Below are positions 48,364-64,000 of a stretch of DNA of 64,000 bases, piece by piece. The DNA is from the human T2T-CHM13v2.0 reference genome, Homo sapiens: assembly GCF_009914755.1 (NCBI RefSeq), contig NC_060925.1; one strand, given 5' to 3'. Positions within the stretch are counted from its first letter, which is position 1. Each line of letters begins with the position of its first letter. The position numbers and the translations under genes are program-made. The notes beneath the pieces were generated by a model. The model ran no database searches and was not told where the DNA came from. It saw only the letters and a list, made by a program, of their open reading frames with translations.

Positions 48364-51300
48364 TGAAATGGGAAAGGTTCCCTTGTCCCCCTTGCAGGGC
48401 ATGTGATGGGGGTGTGGCTCACTTCTTCAGTGCCCCACTGCTCAAACCTCTAGGGGAGCATACAGAAGGGCAGTCTGTGGGGCTCCGACCCCATGACTAG
48501 GGGTGAATATTTACAGCTCCTAAGCCCCAGTGGGCATGTGTTACAGGGTGCCCTTTTAGTTTGCCATCTATAGGCAGCTTGTGTTAACCAGCTCAATCAG
48601 ACCCCCTTCCTTATCATAAGACAGAGTGATTTCTATATCCTGGGGTTTCTTGCCTTGGTGTACCGGAAGAATTTGGTCATACATGGGTTTGGGGAGGGAC
48701 TGCAAAGTTTTATTGGGTGGAAGTAGCTCTCAGCTGATGTGGGAGCCAGAAGAAGGATGATTTTCCCCTGGAGTTGGGCTGCTTGTTGGCCCTGGCACTC
48801 CTCTGACTGCCCCGGCCAAACTCCATCTCATTCTGACAGTCAATGGCCTGCCAGTGTGCTCTTCTGCTGGCATGCTCCTCTCAATGTCCTCTCAATGACC
48901 AGCTGCTTGCATCTTCTTCTGTCTGATGTGCTCCTCTTCACATCTGTCCACCTGTGTGTCATCTGCCCGCTAGGGTCTTGGGTTTTTACAGCCCCAGGAT
49001 GGGGGCGTAGCTGGCCAGGGTGGTCTTGGGAAATGCAACATTTGGGCAGGAAATGCCTGTCCTCACCTAGGTCCGTGGTGGTGGAAGTCTAGCCAGGGAC
49101 CACACCCTCCTCTACCCAGAACTTTTCTTCCCCGCTTCCATATTATTTAAAGGGATCACACTCTTCCCTTCCTAGCACTCCCGTATCATTTCCCCCTCTG
49201 AAGAGATACATCTAACTGCCATTAGAATATGGATGATGACAGGTCTTAGCTGCTTCCTGATGACAGGGGGCATTGTTTTGGGGGAAAATGGCAGTCAGAT
49301 TCCTCCCAGAGGTCTATCAAAGGGTTCCTAGCAAAGGGTAGCCATTGTCCGAGGCTCTGGTTGCCTGACCATTTGGAATTTGATGCCTTCTAGGCATGAG
49401 AGAAAAAAAGAAGTTTTTTAAGTATGCATAGATTAAACCTGTGTATTATACAAGGAAAGAGTTTAGTGCCAAAGATTACAGAGATAAGAAATGAAATATA
49501 CTAACAACAACATTGTACCCTGAGCTGTTTCACCCTGGTGAAAGAAATTAAACCGTATATGGGAACGGATAAACTTTAGAAGAGATTAATATTCTTGCCA
49601 TATCTTTAGCAGTTAACAGGTGTACCCTGGGAATACCTGTATCTCCTCTCTCTTTCCTGGGCCTCCCTTTCTCTTATATTATAAAAGACCAAGGTAGTCA
49701 CTTTCAGGAGGTCCTCTAATGTACTATCTGGTCCTAGGGACTGTTTTTGTAGCTTCCTCCTGATGTCAGGAGCTGCCTGGGTAATAAATTTATCTTTTAG
49801 GATTAGTTATCCCTCAACTGAATCAGGAGATAGAGAGGTGTGCTTTACCAAGGCCTCTCTTAGCCTTTCCAGGAAGGCAGTGGGATTTTTATCAAATTCT
49901 TGATCAGTCATGGACAACTTAGTATAATTGAGAGGCTTGGTCCTAGTCCTACGTAAGCCTTCCATTATGCACACCTGAAAGTGTCTCCTTTTCCAGTCTT
50001 CTATCTAGTCATTGGGATCCCATTTAGCGTCATTCACTGGTACTACTTTTCTTCTGGTTGGATAATGTTCGCCCCCTTCCCTGACGCTATATGTGATGCA
50101 AAGCTCATTCCCAAATCTCTCTGCTGCTTGCAGAGCGGGCTGCTTCTCAGTGTCCGACAGGGTCTGATTCAAAAGTAACATGATGTCTCTGCAGGAGAAT
50201 TCAAATATTTGGACGAAAATCTGTAAAGTGTGTATATATCTATCAGGGTTGTTTGAAAACTTGCCCAGGTCCCCTTTAATTTGCTTTAAGTCCTGTAGGG
50301 AGAAGGAGACCTGGACCTTACTGGGCCCAAATTCACTGGGCATTTGTTGGAGGGGCAAGAGTGAGACTGGGGCTTGTTTAGGGTGAGGATTTTTAGGAGA
50401 GGCAAGTGAGAGGCTGAAGCAGTATCGGGAAGTTGGGGTGGACCTGGAGGAGCAGGACTAGAGGGAGCTGTCTTCTCTGCTGGGGGTGCCTCTGGGACTT
50501 GTATCTTTACTTTCCTGAGCCTGCTCCTTGCAGCCTCCCCTGAGATGGCAAACAGGAGGGCTGAATCAATCCTGCATTGTTGCAACGGTCTGGATTGCCT
50601 TCCGAGTTATAAAAAGCCTGCACATACGGAGCCTCAGACCATCTGTCCTCACATCTACAGAAAAGTTCCAATTGCCAGATGGTATAAAAATGGATAGTTC
50701 CTTCCTGAGGCCAAGCCAGTCCTTCCTATAAATCATAATTTGGCCAAACCTTTTTGCAGAGGGCTATGAGGCATTTTCCCTCCAGATTCTGAGGGTCAAA
50801 GCAGTCCCAGTTGTTCAGGATACATTCCAGAGAAGTATAAGCTGGGGGTGGTGAAGAGAACTGATTGCCATTCTGAAAGACAGGGAATAGAGGCATCCCT
50901 CAATCCCTTCCTTCTTTCAGTGAAAACTCAGGGTATGAAGGAGAGAGAAAGCGAGCATCCTCCTTTCACTCTCTCCCCCTTATCCCTGAGCCCCGATGAC
51001 CTTGGCAGGAGCCGGCCATAGGTACCAATGTGGTATGTACCCATGAAGCAGGGAAAACCTGGAGAATAGGAATTAACCGCCCTCACCTATGTATCCGTTT
51101 CTCCCTGCTGTCAGGGCAAACTTTGAGTTCCCTGAGACTGTTTATGCCAGGAAGCATGGCCTTCTTCCATGGGGTGGGGGATTCAGTTGGCAGGAATTGG
51201 TCCTGCCCATTTACATTGTACCTGTTGCCTGGCTTTGGATCCCCCAGACCTGGTTTTTATGTCTAGGGCCTCAGCTTGAAACTTGGAGTCAAATTTGGGA

Positions 51301-52197
51301 CTGAAAAGGTATTTTAGAGGCTGTTTGCATCCGTTTAGAGTGTCTCAAATGTGTGCTGCTGAATTTGTAGTTCTCAGCCAACAGGGATTATTCCACTGTT
51401 AACTTCCATATCAGAAACAGAGTAGGGGGTAGGCCTCTCACTTAGAAAAGGAAAAAGGGGAAAAACAGTTTGGGGGGAAAAATGGGGAGATTTTGGGGGA
51501 AGAACCCCTTGCTTAGTGCAACTGGGCCCCCCTAATCTCTTATATCTTCAGACCGGGTTGAATTTATTGACCAAAGGATGAAAGGTTCCATTGGCCCGGC
51601 AGGCGAGAAGCGCCTGTCCATTGGCCCTGTGGGGTCGCGAATACCACCGCGGCTTTCTCCCGCCTCCCACCTCGTGGCTGCTGAGGTCCGCCTTTGCCTG
51701 CTGTGGGCACACCTAGGCGCCCAAGCTGGGAGGCGAAAAGGTAACAGGAGGTGCCCTGAGCTGTGCATGCCTGCAGCTGTCGAGGTGGAGGCATACATGA
51801 CACCTGTAGGAACAACTGCTCTGATTTGCACCTTTGGCGACTGAGACAAATGCTCATTTTACTTAGTAACATTGCGACAGCCTGTAGCAAAACTCTTAAC
51901 ATTATAAAGGAAGAGATAGGCATTTCAAACTGTGTAAGAGAAAAGACACAAACTCTAGGGGTTTTGACTGGCCCAGTTAGGGCAGAGTTTTTAAAACTCA
52001 GAGCCTCTTACCTGCAGGAAAGAGAGAGAGGAGGCAGGGTTTTGGAAGAGAGGCAGACCCACAGTTTTGCATCGCTCGCACTCGCCTTCCAGGATCCCGG
52101 GGGAGGACCCATTTGAAATGGGAAAGGTTCTCTTGCCCCCCTCGCAGGGCATGCGGTAGGAGTGTGGCTCGCTTCTTCAGAGCCCCGCTGCTTCAAA
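48364..52197 (-). mobile_element. Deleted ERV1 provirus (tRNA-Pro primer site; LTR27/LTR28-HUERS-P group-like): full 3' LTR 49188-48364, gag remnant, 5' LTR reduced to ~52197-52114
   Basis: LTR TGATACGGGAG...CATTTCA. Polypurine tract CAGAGGGGGAAA at 49200-49189. Primer binding site TGGGTCCTCCCCCGGGAT at 52111-52094 (14/18 to the tRNA-Pro site). Gag peptide PSKVQVSFSLQDLKQIKGDLGKFSNNPDRYI. Exact family not confirmed. Confidence 0.85.
49640..50871 (-). pseudogene. Retroviral gag pseudogene (matrix-capsid), frameshifted
   Basis: ORFs 50005..50358 and 50286..50585 encode gammaretrovirus-like gag pieces; matrix-like LECILNNWDCFDPQNL lies upstream. Confidence 0.8.
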
Positions 52198-53341
52198 GTA
52201 TTGGCTGACCCACTTGTTAGGTACTAATGCAGCTGGTCACTTTAAGTTGAAGCCGATGCTCATTTACCATTCTGAAAATCCTGGGTCCCTTAAGAATTGT
52301 GCCAAATCTCCTCTGTTTGTGCTCTGTAAATGGAACAGTAAAGCTTGGATGAGGTGCATCTGTTTACAGCATGGTTTACTGACTATTTTAAGTCCACTGT
52401 TGAGAGCTACTACTCAGAAAACAGATTCCTTTCAAAATATTACTGCTCATTGACAATAAACCTGGTAATTCAACAACTCTGATGAAAATGTACAAGGATG
52501 TTGTTTCCATGCCTAACTAACACAACATCCATTCTGCAGCCCACGGATCAAGGAGTAATTATTAAGAAATAAATTTTGGAAGATTACAGCTGCCATAAAT
52601 GATTCCTCTGATGGATATGGGCAAAATAATTAAATTAATTAAAATAATTAAAAACATTCTGGAAAGGATTCACCATTCCAGAGGCCATTATCAGCATTTA
52701 TAATTCGTGAGAGGAGGTCAAAATATCAACTTTAACAGGAGTTTGGAAGAAGAAGTTGATTCCAGCCTTCATAGATGACTTTGAGGGGTTCAAGACTCCA
52801 GTGGAAGAAGTCACTGTAGATGTGATGGAAATAGCAAGATAAATAGAAGTGGAGCCTCAAGATGTGACTGAATTGCTGTAATCTCATGATGAAAATTGAA
52901 TGGATGAGAAGTCACTTCTTCTGGATGGACAATAAAGGTGGTTTCTTAAGATGGAATCTACTTCTGGTGAAGATGCTGTGAACATTGTTGAAATGACAAC
53001 AAAGGATTTACAATATTCCATAAACTTAGTTGATGAAGCAGTGGTGGGGTTTGAAAAGATGGACTCCAATTTTCAAAGCAGTTCTACTGTGGGTAAAATG
53101 CTATTAAACAACATCACATGCTACGGAGAGAAATCTTATGAAAGGAAGAGGCAATTGATGAGGCAAACTTCTCTGTTGTCTTCTTTTAAGAAATTGCCAT
53201 AGCTACCCCAACCTTCAGGGACCATCACCCTAATCCAACAGCAGCCATCAACATTGAGGTGATACCCTCCAAGAGCAGAAAGATTATGACTCACTGAAGC
53301 CTCAGACAATTTTTAGCATTTTTAAGCAATAAAGTATTCTA

Positions 53342-57040
<3,699 letters not shown>

Positions 57041-58559
57041 CATTTTAAAATATTTCTACATTTTTTAGACATAATGCTATTACACACCTAATAGATTACA
57101 GTATAGTATAAACATAGCTTTTTATATACACTGAGAAACCAAAAAATTTATGTGACTTGCTTTATTGCAATATTTGCTTTATTACAGTAGTCTGGGACCA
57201 AAGCCACAATAACTCCAGCGTCTGTTTATATAATTATTATCATACTCAAAATGTATGAAGTACTTTAAATGCATTATTTCTTTAATCCTTATTTTATTAT
57301 CCCTATTTAATAGATAAGTTACAGAGAAGTTAAACAGTTTTTCCCAAATCAAGCCAGGATTTAATCTCAGGCAGTCTGACTACAGAATCTATACTCTTGA
57401 TCACAACAGTTGGCTGCCAGAGAGGATTCAGAAACCCAGGTTCTGTACAATCTAAGTAAATTAGGTCACTACTGTGTGCCCAGAACTAAGTAGGACTTAT
57501 CTTTTAAGCTGGACAAAGTTGTTGGCTCTTTAAACTCTGTCACATCCTACTAATGTGCCAAATTGTGTATATAGCTGGCTTTGGAGCCTGCACTACCTGA
57601 GGCATGACATTCCGAGCAGTCTAATAAAGAACCTTCTTGCTGTCTAAACACCTGAGTATGATCATGGTGAATCACTACTTAGGAAGGGGTTAGGAGGAGC
57701 CAGGGTGAACCCCATGATATATCCACATCCGGTATTCATTGGTGGACTCCTATTCAAAAGTGCTGCCAAGAAAGCTGAGGTTCTGTCTGAGATGATAGTA
57801 TCCAGTTATGTGGGAGCACTGTGGGAATGAAGGAACCCAAGAAGAAGCCTGCTCCTAAGAATGAAGGAAGTATTTTTGGGTGATGAAATCCAAGAACCCA
57901 AGGCAATAGTGTCTGAGGTATTTCCAGATGTTTTTCCAAACAACATTGCCAAGAAAAATAGAGTTGACTGAAGGTCAGAATAATTAGATTTTGTTTTTTC
58001 TTTGCTTTCAAAGAGGGTGAGGACAGCCACATCAACACTAGGCCCGACATACATATCTGGTTTTGGTCAGGAGAAGACAGCCACCATGACTACTATGGGA
58101 ATAAGAGATTTCATGTAGAAATTAGAGATTATGTGAATGTGGGAGGGGCAGAGAGATAGGTTTGTAGGCCTCCAGATTCTATAGAAAAAGTTACTGTGGA
58201 GGATTTCTAGAAGCTACCACTTCTGCCCTCCTTGACCTCCTAAGAATAATAGCTTCTTCTTTGCTCCCACCTTCTAAATATGACACAAGTTTTTTCCCCC
58301 CTCACTGGCAAATTCAAATCCAGAACAATATAGGAAGGCTTTTGGGGAAATCTATCTCCCAGACTTAGAAAGGTGTTATGATGGTGATGGCACAAGTTTG
58401 TCACAGATAATATGGCAGACCTGGTATAATATCTCTATGAACACAAGGATCAAAGTGATGAAAAAAGAAATCCTCCATCTGCTCTCACCAATATCCTTTA
58501 CTTTTTAACCTGCATCTTTATATGATACTGGCTGCACAGAGTACCCATTTTGGATCAGT

Positions 58560-60520
58560 ATTACCATCTAACCACCACTACTGACTACACACAGAGGAAG
58601 TCATTCAACACTAGCTTCTCCGCAACATGTTTTTTCACCCTCAGTAACTGTTCTAAACTATTATCACTTTCCATGAGCTATAAGTCCAACGCCAACCTCA
58701 TTCTACTTTTAGAGAAAATAATGATCATTTTTTAGCTTCTTGTGATATTTTTAGAAACTTTCCTTTTTCTGCATGCCTCCTGACATTGAAGGCAACTCCA
58801 TCTGCCTTCAATGTCCTTTTTCTCTTCTCTTTCTCCTATTAGACTCAATTAGTTCAGATACTATTATTTCAAATATTCCTTGTCTTGAAGGAGTGTGTAC
58901 ATACATTGACTGAAAATGTCTCCTGACATTTTCTTGCTGTGTGCAAAACTTTCCATCTCTGGTTCATGGCTAATCCTTCATGTTCTGGGCTCCATATTCT
59001 CATGGAACTTGTTTCCTTGACAGCTTCCTTTGATAGCTGTGTCCTTGATACTAACTCCTGTATTGACTGCTGTAATGCTGCCTATCCTCTAATTCTCTTA
59101 TTATTCTTTCTATACTTCAATGTGATATCCTCTTCTTTCCTCTATGCACACTTTACAGATTGTATTCCTTTGTGTTCCATCTGAAGTCTTTTTCTTTTCT
59201 TTCTTTATATATTTTTTTTACGAGAGACTTATTCATATCCATGGCTTTGATGTTAACCCAATTTAATTATAACTGATAAATTTACCTCTTTCTTGAACTT
59301 CAGACTAGTGTAGTCAACTGTCCATATCTCCATTTAGATGCTGTATGAGGCAGGCTAAGCTACTTTTACAAAAATGCTCTAAAATTAATAGTGTAAAGAA
59401 CAATATGCCTATTTCTCTATCATGTGAACAGCCCAAGATAAATGTTTGAGATGAGCAGACAGCTCTGATATATGCAGAAACCTAGGTTAATGTAGGCTCT
59501 GCTATCCTCAACTTGAGACTTCTTAGGTCATTTAAGTTATCATCATCCCAAACAGTAGAAGGGAGAAGGAGCAGAAATCCAGGGACAGGGATTTATTCTT
59601 AAGCAAGTGAGAAAGAAGTTGCGCAATTTGCTCTTGGTCACGTTCTACCGGCAAGGTCTTAACCACATGGCCACCACCCCACTGCAAAGAGTGCCTGCAA
59701 AATATAGTACCAAAGGAAGGCTGGGCATCCACATCCTAGCTACCATTATGTGGAAAAAGGAGAAAATGGATTCGGGTAGGTGACTAGCAATGTCTTCCAC
59801 AGGTATCAACATGTACAAAATGGACTTCACAATTTTCCCCATTTCAATTTTCTCTTCATCCTATAGTGGTTTTCTGTGTTCATCATAGTCACCCCACTGC
59901 ACGCAACAAAATCCCAAGAATTATCTTAACTTAGCTCTTTCTCATTTCCCAAAGCCAATGCATCATCAAATTCTGTCAATTTTGTATCTAAATATTTCCT
60001 TGAACCATGTCCTTTTTGCTCCCACTCCTGCTGTTTTTTGTTTAAACCTAGATTTCTGAAACAGCTTCTTAAGTGATCTCTAATTGCCTCCAGTCTTGCC
60101 ATTCTCTAAATAATCCACTGCTTAACCTCCAGAACGAACTTTCTAAAATACAAATTGAACTGTAGGACTTTCAAGTCCTTCAGTAGTTACTTAATACTGT
60201 TTGGTTAAAACCCAAACTTCTTAACATGGATTAGTAAGTTCTTTGTGAGTAGGTATATCAACAAATACATATTTATTGAGTGAACAAATGATCAAGCCCT
60301 TGCCTACCTCTCTGTCTTGTCAGCCACTACTCCTTTACACCTGCCTATGTACAACTATGTGGAAGTTCTCTAAGTTCTTTGTACCCACTGTGTTGTTTCA
60401 TGACCCAGTGCTTCCATTGGAGCTGCTCCATCTGCCTTCAATGTCCTTTTTCTCTTTTCTTTCTCCCATTAGATTCGATTAGTTCAAATACTATTAGTTC
60501 AGATATTCCTTGTCTCTGAA
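58560..60520 (+). mobile_element. Degenerate L2 with a nested MLT1-type LTR (~59342-59800, minus)
   Basis: L2 motifs (tcttgaacttcagact...tctccatttagatg; acagcttcttaagtgatctc...cttgcc); MLT1 reverse terminus tgtatgaggcaggctaagctac... Confidence 0.55.
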
Positions 60521-60556
60521 GGAATGTGTACATACAGTATAGTGCATTTCATACTC

Positions 60557-60725
60557 TTTTTTAAAAAAATTAATTTTTTTAGAGAAGGTCTTGCTCTGTC
60601 ACTCAGGCTAGAGTGCTGTGGCACTATCTTAGCTCACTGCAGCCTCAAACTCCTGCCTCAAGCCATCCTCCTGCCTCAGCATCACAAAGCACTGAGATTA
60701 CAGGTGCAAATCACCATGCCAGCCC
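60557..60725 (-). mobile_element. Alu monomer (FAM/FLAM-like)
   Basis: ggtcttgctctgtcactcaggctagagtgc...caccatgcccagcc. Confidence 0.8.
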
Positions 60726-61104
60726 CAATGGTTGTTACAATCATATATCCTCAGATTTTTTGCCTTCAAAGGATCAGAAAAGTGATCCTGAAGTTAAAGC
60801 TAAAAAGTTAAAATTTCCCTTAAGTTATAGTTAGAATTGTGTGCCCTTTAACACCTTTGGCATTAAAAAATTAAATTTTCCTTAAGTTACAGTTAAAATT
60901 TTATGCCCTTTAACACCTGTGAGTTGTGGGGAAAATGGATAAAAAGCAAGAAATTTGGGGCAGAGGAGCTTTCTTGATACATACTCTCGTATCACACCGT
61001 GTAAACTGCAGCGACACTGCACTGTACTGGGTGCATTTCCATACCTGAAATTTGGCTTCAGGGTGACCATTGTAATGACAGACTCCATGATGATCCATTA
61101 TTCC

Positions 61105-61556
61105 ATTAAAAATTTTATTTCCCTAGGTTTTTGGGGAACAGGTGGCATTTGGTTACATGAGTAAGTTCTTTAGTTGTGATTTGTGAGACTTTTGGTGCGC
61201 CCATCACCCGGGCAGTGTACACTGAACCCAATTTGTAGTCTTTTATCCCTTACCCCCCTCCCACCCTTTTCCCATGAGTACCCAAAGTCCATTGTGTCAT
61301 TTTTGTGTCTTTACATCCTCATAGCTCAGTTCCCACTTATAAGTGAGAACATCTGATGTTTGATTTTCCATTCCTGTGTTACTTCACTTAGAATAATAGT
61401 CTCCAATATCATCCAGATTGCTGTGACTGACATTAATTCCATTAGTTTTTATAGCTGCATAGTATTCCATCATATATATGTGTATGTGTATGTGTGTGTG
61501 TTTATATATATTATATATATATGTATATGTATGTCACAGTTTCTTTATCCACTCGT
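61105..61556 (-). mobile_element. L1PA/PB 3' end fragment with an internal (TA/TG)n tract
   Basis: ggtttttggggaacaggtgg...cccacttataagtgagaacat. Confidence 0.85.
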
Positions 61557-61844
61557 TTAGTGCATTTCATACTGTGGTACACATGATATCCACATGAGGA
61601 CCTATCCTATACTTCCTGCATTCTACTACTGTCCTGCCCCCTTTGAATCTTGCAAATCATTTGTTCAGTCTAAATATCACTGCTTCCTTCAAACCTTCCT
61701 CTTATGACATGGTTTATAATCCCAGTGCTTTCTTTTAAAATGCATTTCAGCCTACTAATATCTTTCTTTATATGTCACCCTTAGCTGAATCCAATTTTAA
61801 AGGTGTGATTTAGCTGCATGACGTAGAAGAAGACCATTTCCTCC

Positions 61845-62790
61845 TTTATTCATTGTGCAACCATGACCACCATCTATCTCCAGAAATATTTTATCTTTCC
61901 AAACTAACATCCTATTCCTCCCTCCTCCCAGGCTCTGGAAATCACAGTTCTACTTTCTGTATGAATTTGATGGCTCTAGGTGCTTTACATAAGTGAAATT
62001 ATACATGCAGTATTTGTCCTTTTGTGATTGGCTTACATCATTTAGCATAATGTTCTCAAGGGTCATCCAGGTTGTAGCATGTGTCAGAATTTCCTTCCTT
62101 TTTAAGTCTGAACAATACTCCATTGTATGTGTTTACAACACATTTTGCTTATCTTTTCACTCATTTGATAGACATCAGGGCTGCTTCCACCTTTTGGTTG
62201 TTATGAATATTGTTGCCATGAATGTTGGCATACAAATATCTATTCTATTGCCAAATATGTACAACTAATATGTATCAATAAAACACTTTAAAAAAAAAGA
62301 AAAAAAAACTGTTCTAGTTCTTGCTTTCACTTCTTTTGAGTATATAACCCGAAGTGAAATTGCTAGATTATATATCACAATTTTATGTTTTTATAATATA
62401 GTGTTAAAATTGATGATAAACTCATAATTTTGTGTCAAATTGTAAGCATTTTCCAATGTCATTATAGACTCTTAAATGATGGTTTTTAATGATGGCCTAG
62501 TATTTACTCCAGTATTTCAGTATTCTGTTCTTGGATATTTTGATTGCTTCCAAATTTTCACTATTACAATACTGTAATGAACATCATATACACAAATCTT
62601 TGAATATTTATCTGATAATTTCCTTAATATGATAAACTCCTAGAGGTAAGATTACTGAGTCAGAGCTATGAACATTTTAAAAACCCTTGTTGTATATTCA
62701 TAATTTTTATAAGGTTTGCTCCAATTTAGTACCCCTCCAGTAGTGTCGAGCCCATCTCACTCCACATTTCTCAAAAAATAATTCATTCTT
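61845..62790 (-). mobile_element. L1MB/L1ME 3' fragments
   Basis: cagtatttgtccttttgtgattggctta...tcagaatttccttcctttttaag; ttgcttccaaattttcactattacaa. Confidence 0.7.
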
Positions 62791-63109
62791 TTTGCGATAT
62801 GTTGTCCCAGGTAACTGAGCCACCAACAATACATTTGTGGTCCTGGCTTCCCAAGAACTTTGGAGGTTGTAGGTAAAAGGGGCAGGTTAAAAGGAGGATT
62901 TGGGAAGGCTTATTGGAGGAAAATAATAGAAACTGGCAATTTCTTGTGTGAGAAAATAGGAGAGTACGTTGGTGAGTGTGGGAAGATGTGGTGCAGATGG
63001 GAGAAGGGAGAGAATGGGGCACCAATATTTGTGGAACATCTCTGCGTGAAAGTTGCTTGACATATACTAGTAATACCCCAACCTTTCTTGAGGGAAATAT
63101 TATAATTCT

Positions 63110-63245
63110 CATTTTCTAGTGAGGAAACCAAAGCTCAGAAAGAGCCTTAGATCCAAAGCCACACAGATGGTAGGTGGCAGAGCCAGGATTGAACCCAGGT
63201 CTATCTGTCCCTCTGACACTGGCATCTTTCTACTACACCATGATG
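63110..63245 (-). mobile_element. MIR fragment
   Basis: cattttctagtgaggaaaccaaagctcagaaag...ggcagagccaggattgaacccaggtct. Confidence 0.75.
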
Positions 63246-64000
63246 CTCTCAGGAGATGATCAGCACTCTGAGATAGAAGAGGGGAGATAAATTTCAAATT
63301 CAAAACTGAAAAAGCTTGGCATATCCAAATTTTATTATTAGTTCTTGGGTCTTGGGAGAGGTTAGGGTTGCCATTCTGTGTAGGGGGAATGAAAGGTGCC
63401 TCCATTTGATGGCCAAATTTTCCTCTGAAGAAGTGTGGGCTTAGCACTTGTGGTATGCCACCAAGCTGGATAAACTGATTGGTTTCAACAGATACCACAA
63501 ATAACAGCAGAGCCACCTGCAGGCCCACATCCACCTAGGTGCTTATGTAAGTGTGTAGAGCAGAGAAATCAACAGATTAATCTGATAGCAAAACCCTAGA
63601 GGAGAGGCAGAATGCCAGAACCAGTTAAGTGAGAAAGATCAGGTCATGGCTTAAAAAAATATGTCTGTGGTTTACCACACATTCCTGCATTGCTGTTTAA
63701 TTTTGAGATAAACAACGCCCTTTGTTAAGTGAAGGTGTGACTGAATTTTTTATTGATTGTGGGTAAGGTGGTGTAATTGAATTTTACGACATTTATTTAT
63801 AAGACAAACAGACACTTCAACAGTAGGTATGGCTTTTAATCTTATCATGAAATTGATGGTAATTAGAAGAGTGAGTTCCTGGCTGGTGTATCATGGAACA
63901 CAGAAGTGGATTTTAGTTGTCTGTTTTATGAGGGCAACTATGTGTTTGTTGTGAGTAGCAGGCAGTGGAAAAAGATCCCTGATGAAATGAGAGAGGTTGC

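Noticed and set aside
50005-50585. Functional retroviral Gag
   Set aside because: Multiple frameshifts and stops, no recognisable pro/pol/env, and the 5' LTR promoter is deleted.
51532-52196. CpG-rich patch with overlapping ORFs as a gene promoter or CpG island
   Set aside because: Lies within the ERV leader between the primer binding site and gag.
63109-63534. 141-aa minus-strand ORF
   Set aside because: GTG start, runs into a MIR, no recognisable homology or splice context.

Overview
Human (primate) genomic DNA from the epidermal differentiation complex, 1q21.3. The window contains one protein-coding gene, FLG2 (filaggrin-2), on the minus strand. Its structure is a TATA-type promoter at ~30581, non-coding exon 1 (~30556-30506), exon 2 (29456-29297, ATG at 29434) and a giant exon 3 (28197 to ~19285). 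The exons join to a 2391-aa S100-fused-type protein (SFTP): S100/EF-hand domain, Cys/Ser/Gly spacer, hornerin-like A repeats and filaggrin-like B repeats. The rest is typical interspersed repeat DNA: L1, L2, MIR, Alu including a young AluYa5, MER4-type and MLT LTRs, MER30, MER75A, a Charlie-like element, and a Tigger1 carrying a nested deleted ERV1 provirus and an L1. Repeat family names come from recalled consensus sequences, not a search. Main observations: (1) the FLG2 3'UTR is a fossil coding region of ~313 codons that still ends in an intact SFTP C-terminal motif (TPLYEYVQEQR); (2) the current stop sits in a TGA-CAG-TTA (CARYYA) readthrough-type context followed by 171 open in-frame codons; (3) three co-oriented CTCF-like motifs lie just past the FLG2 poly(A) site, two made by a local duplication and one in a hairpin loop; (4) the ERV 5' LTR is truncated and flanked by a ~100-bp host duplication; (5) a templated insertion has fold-back junctions. 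I found no evidence for a wholly new multi-gene system.
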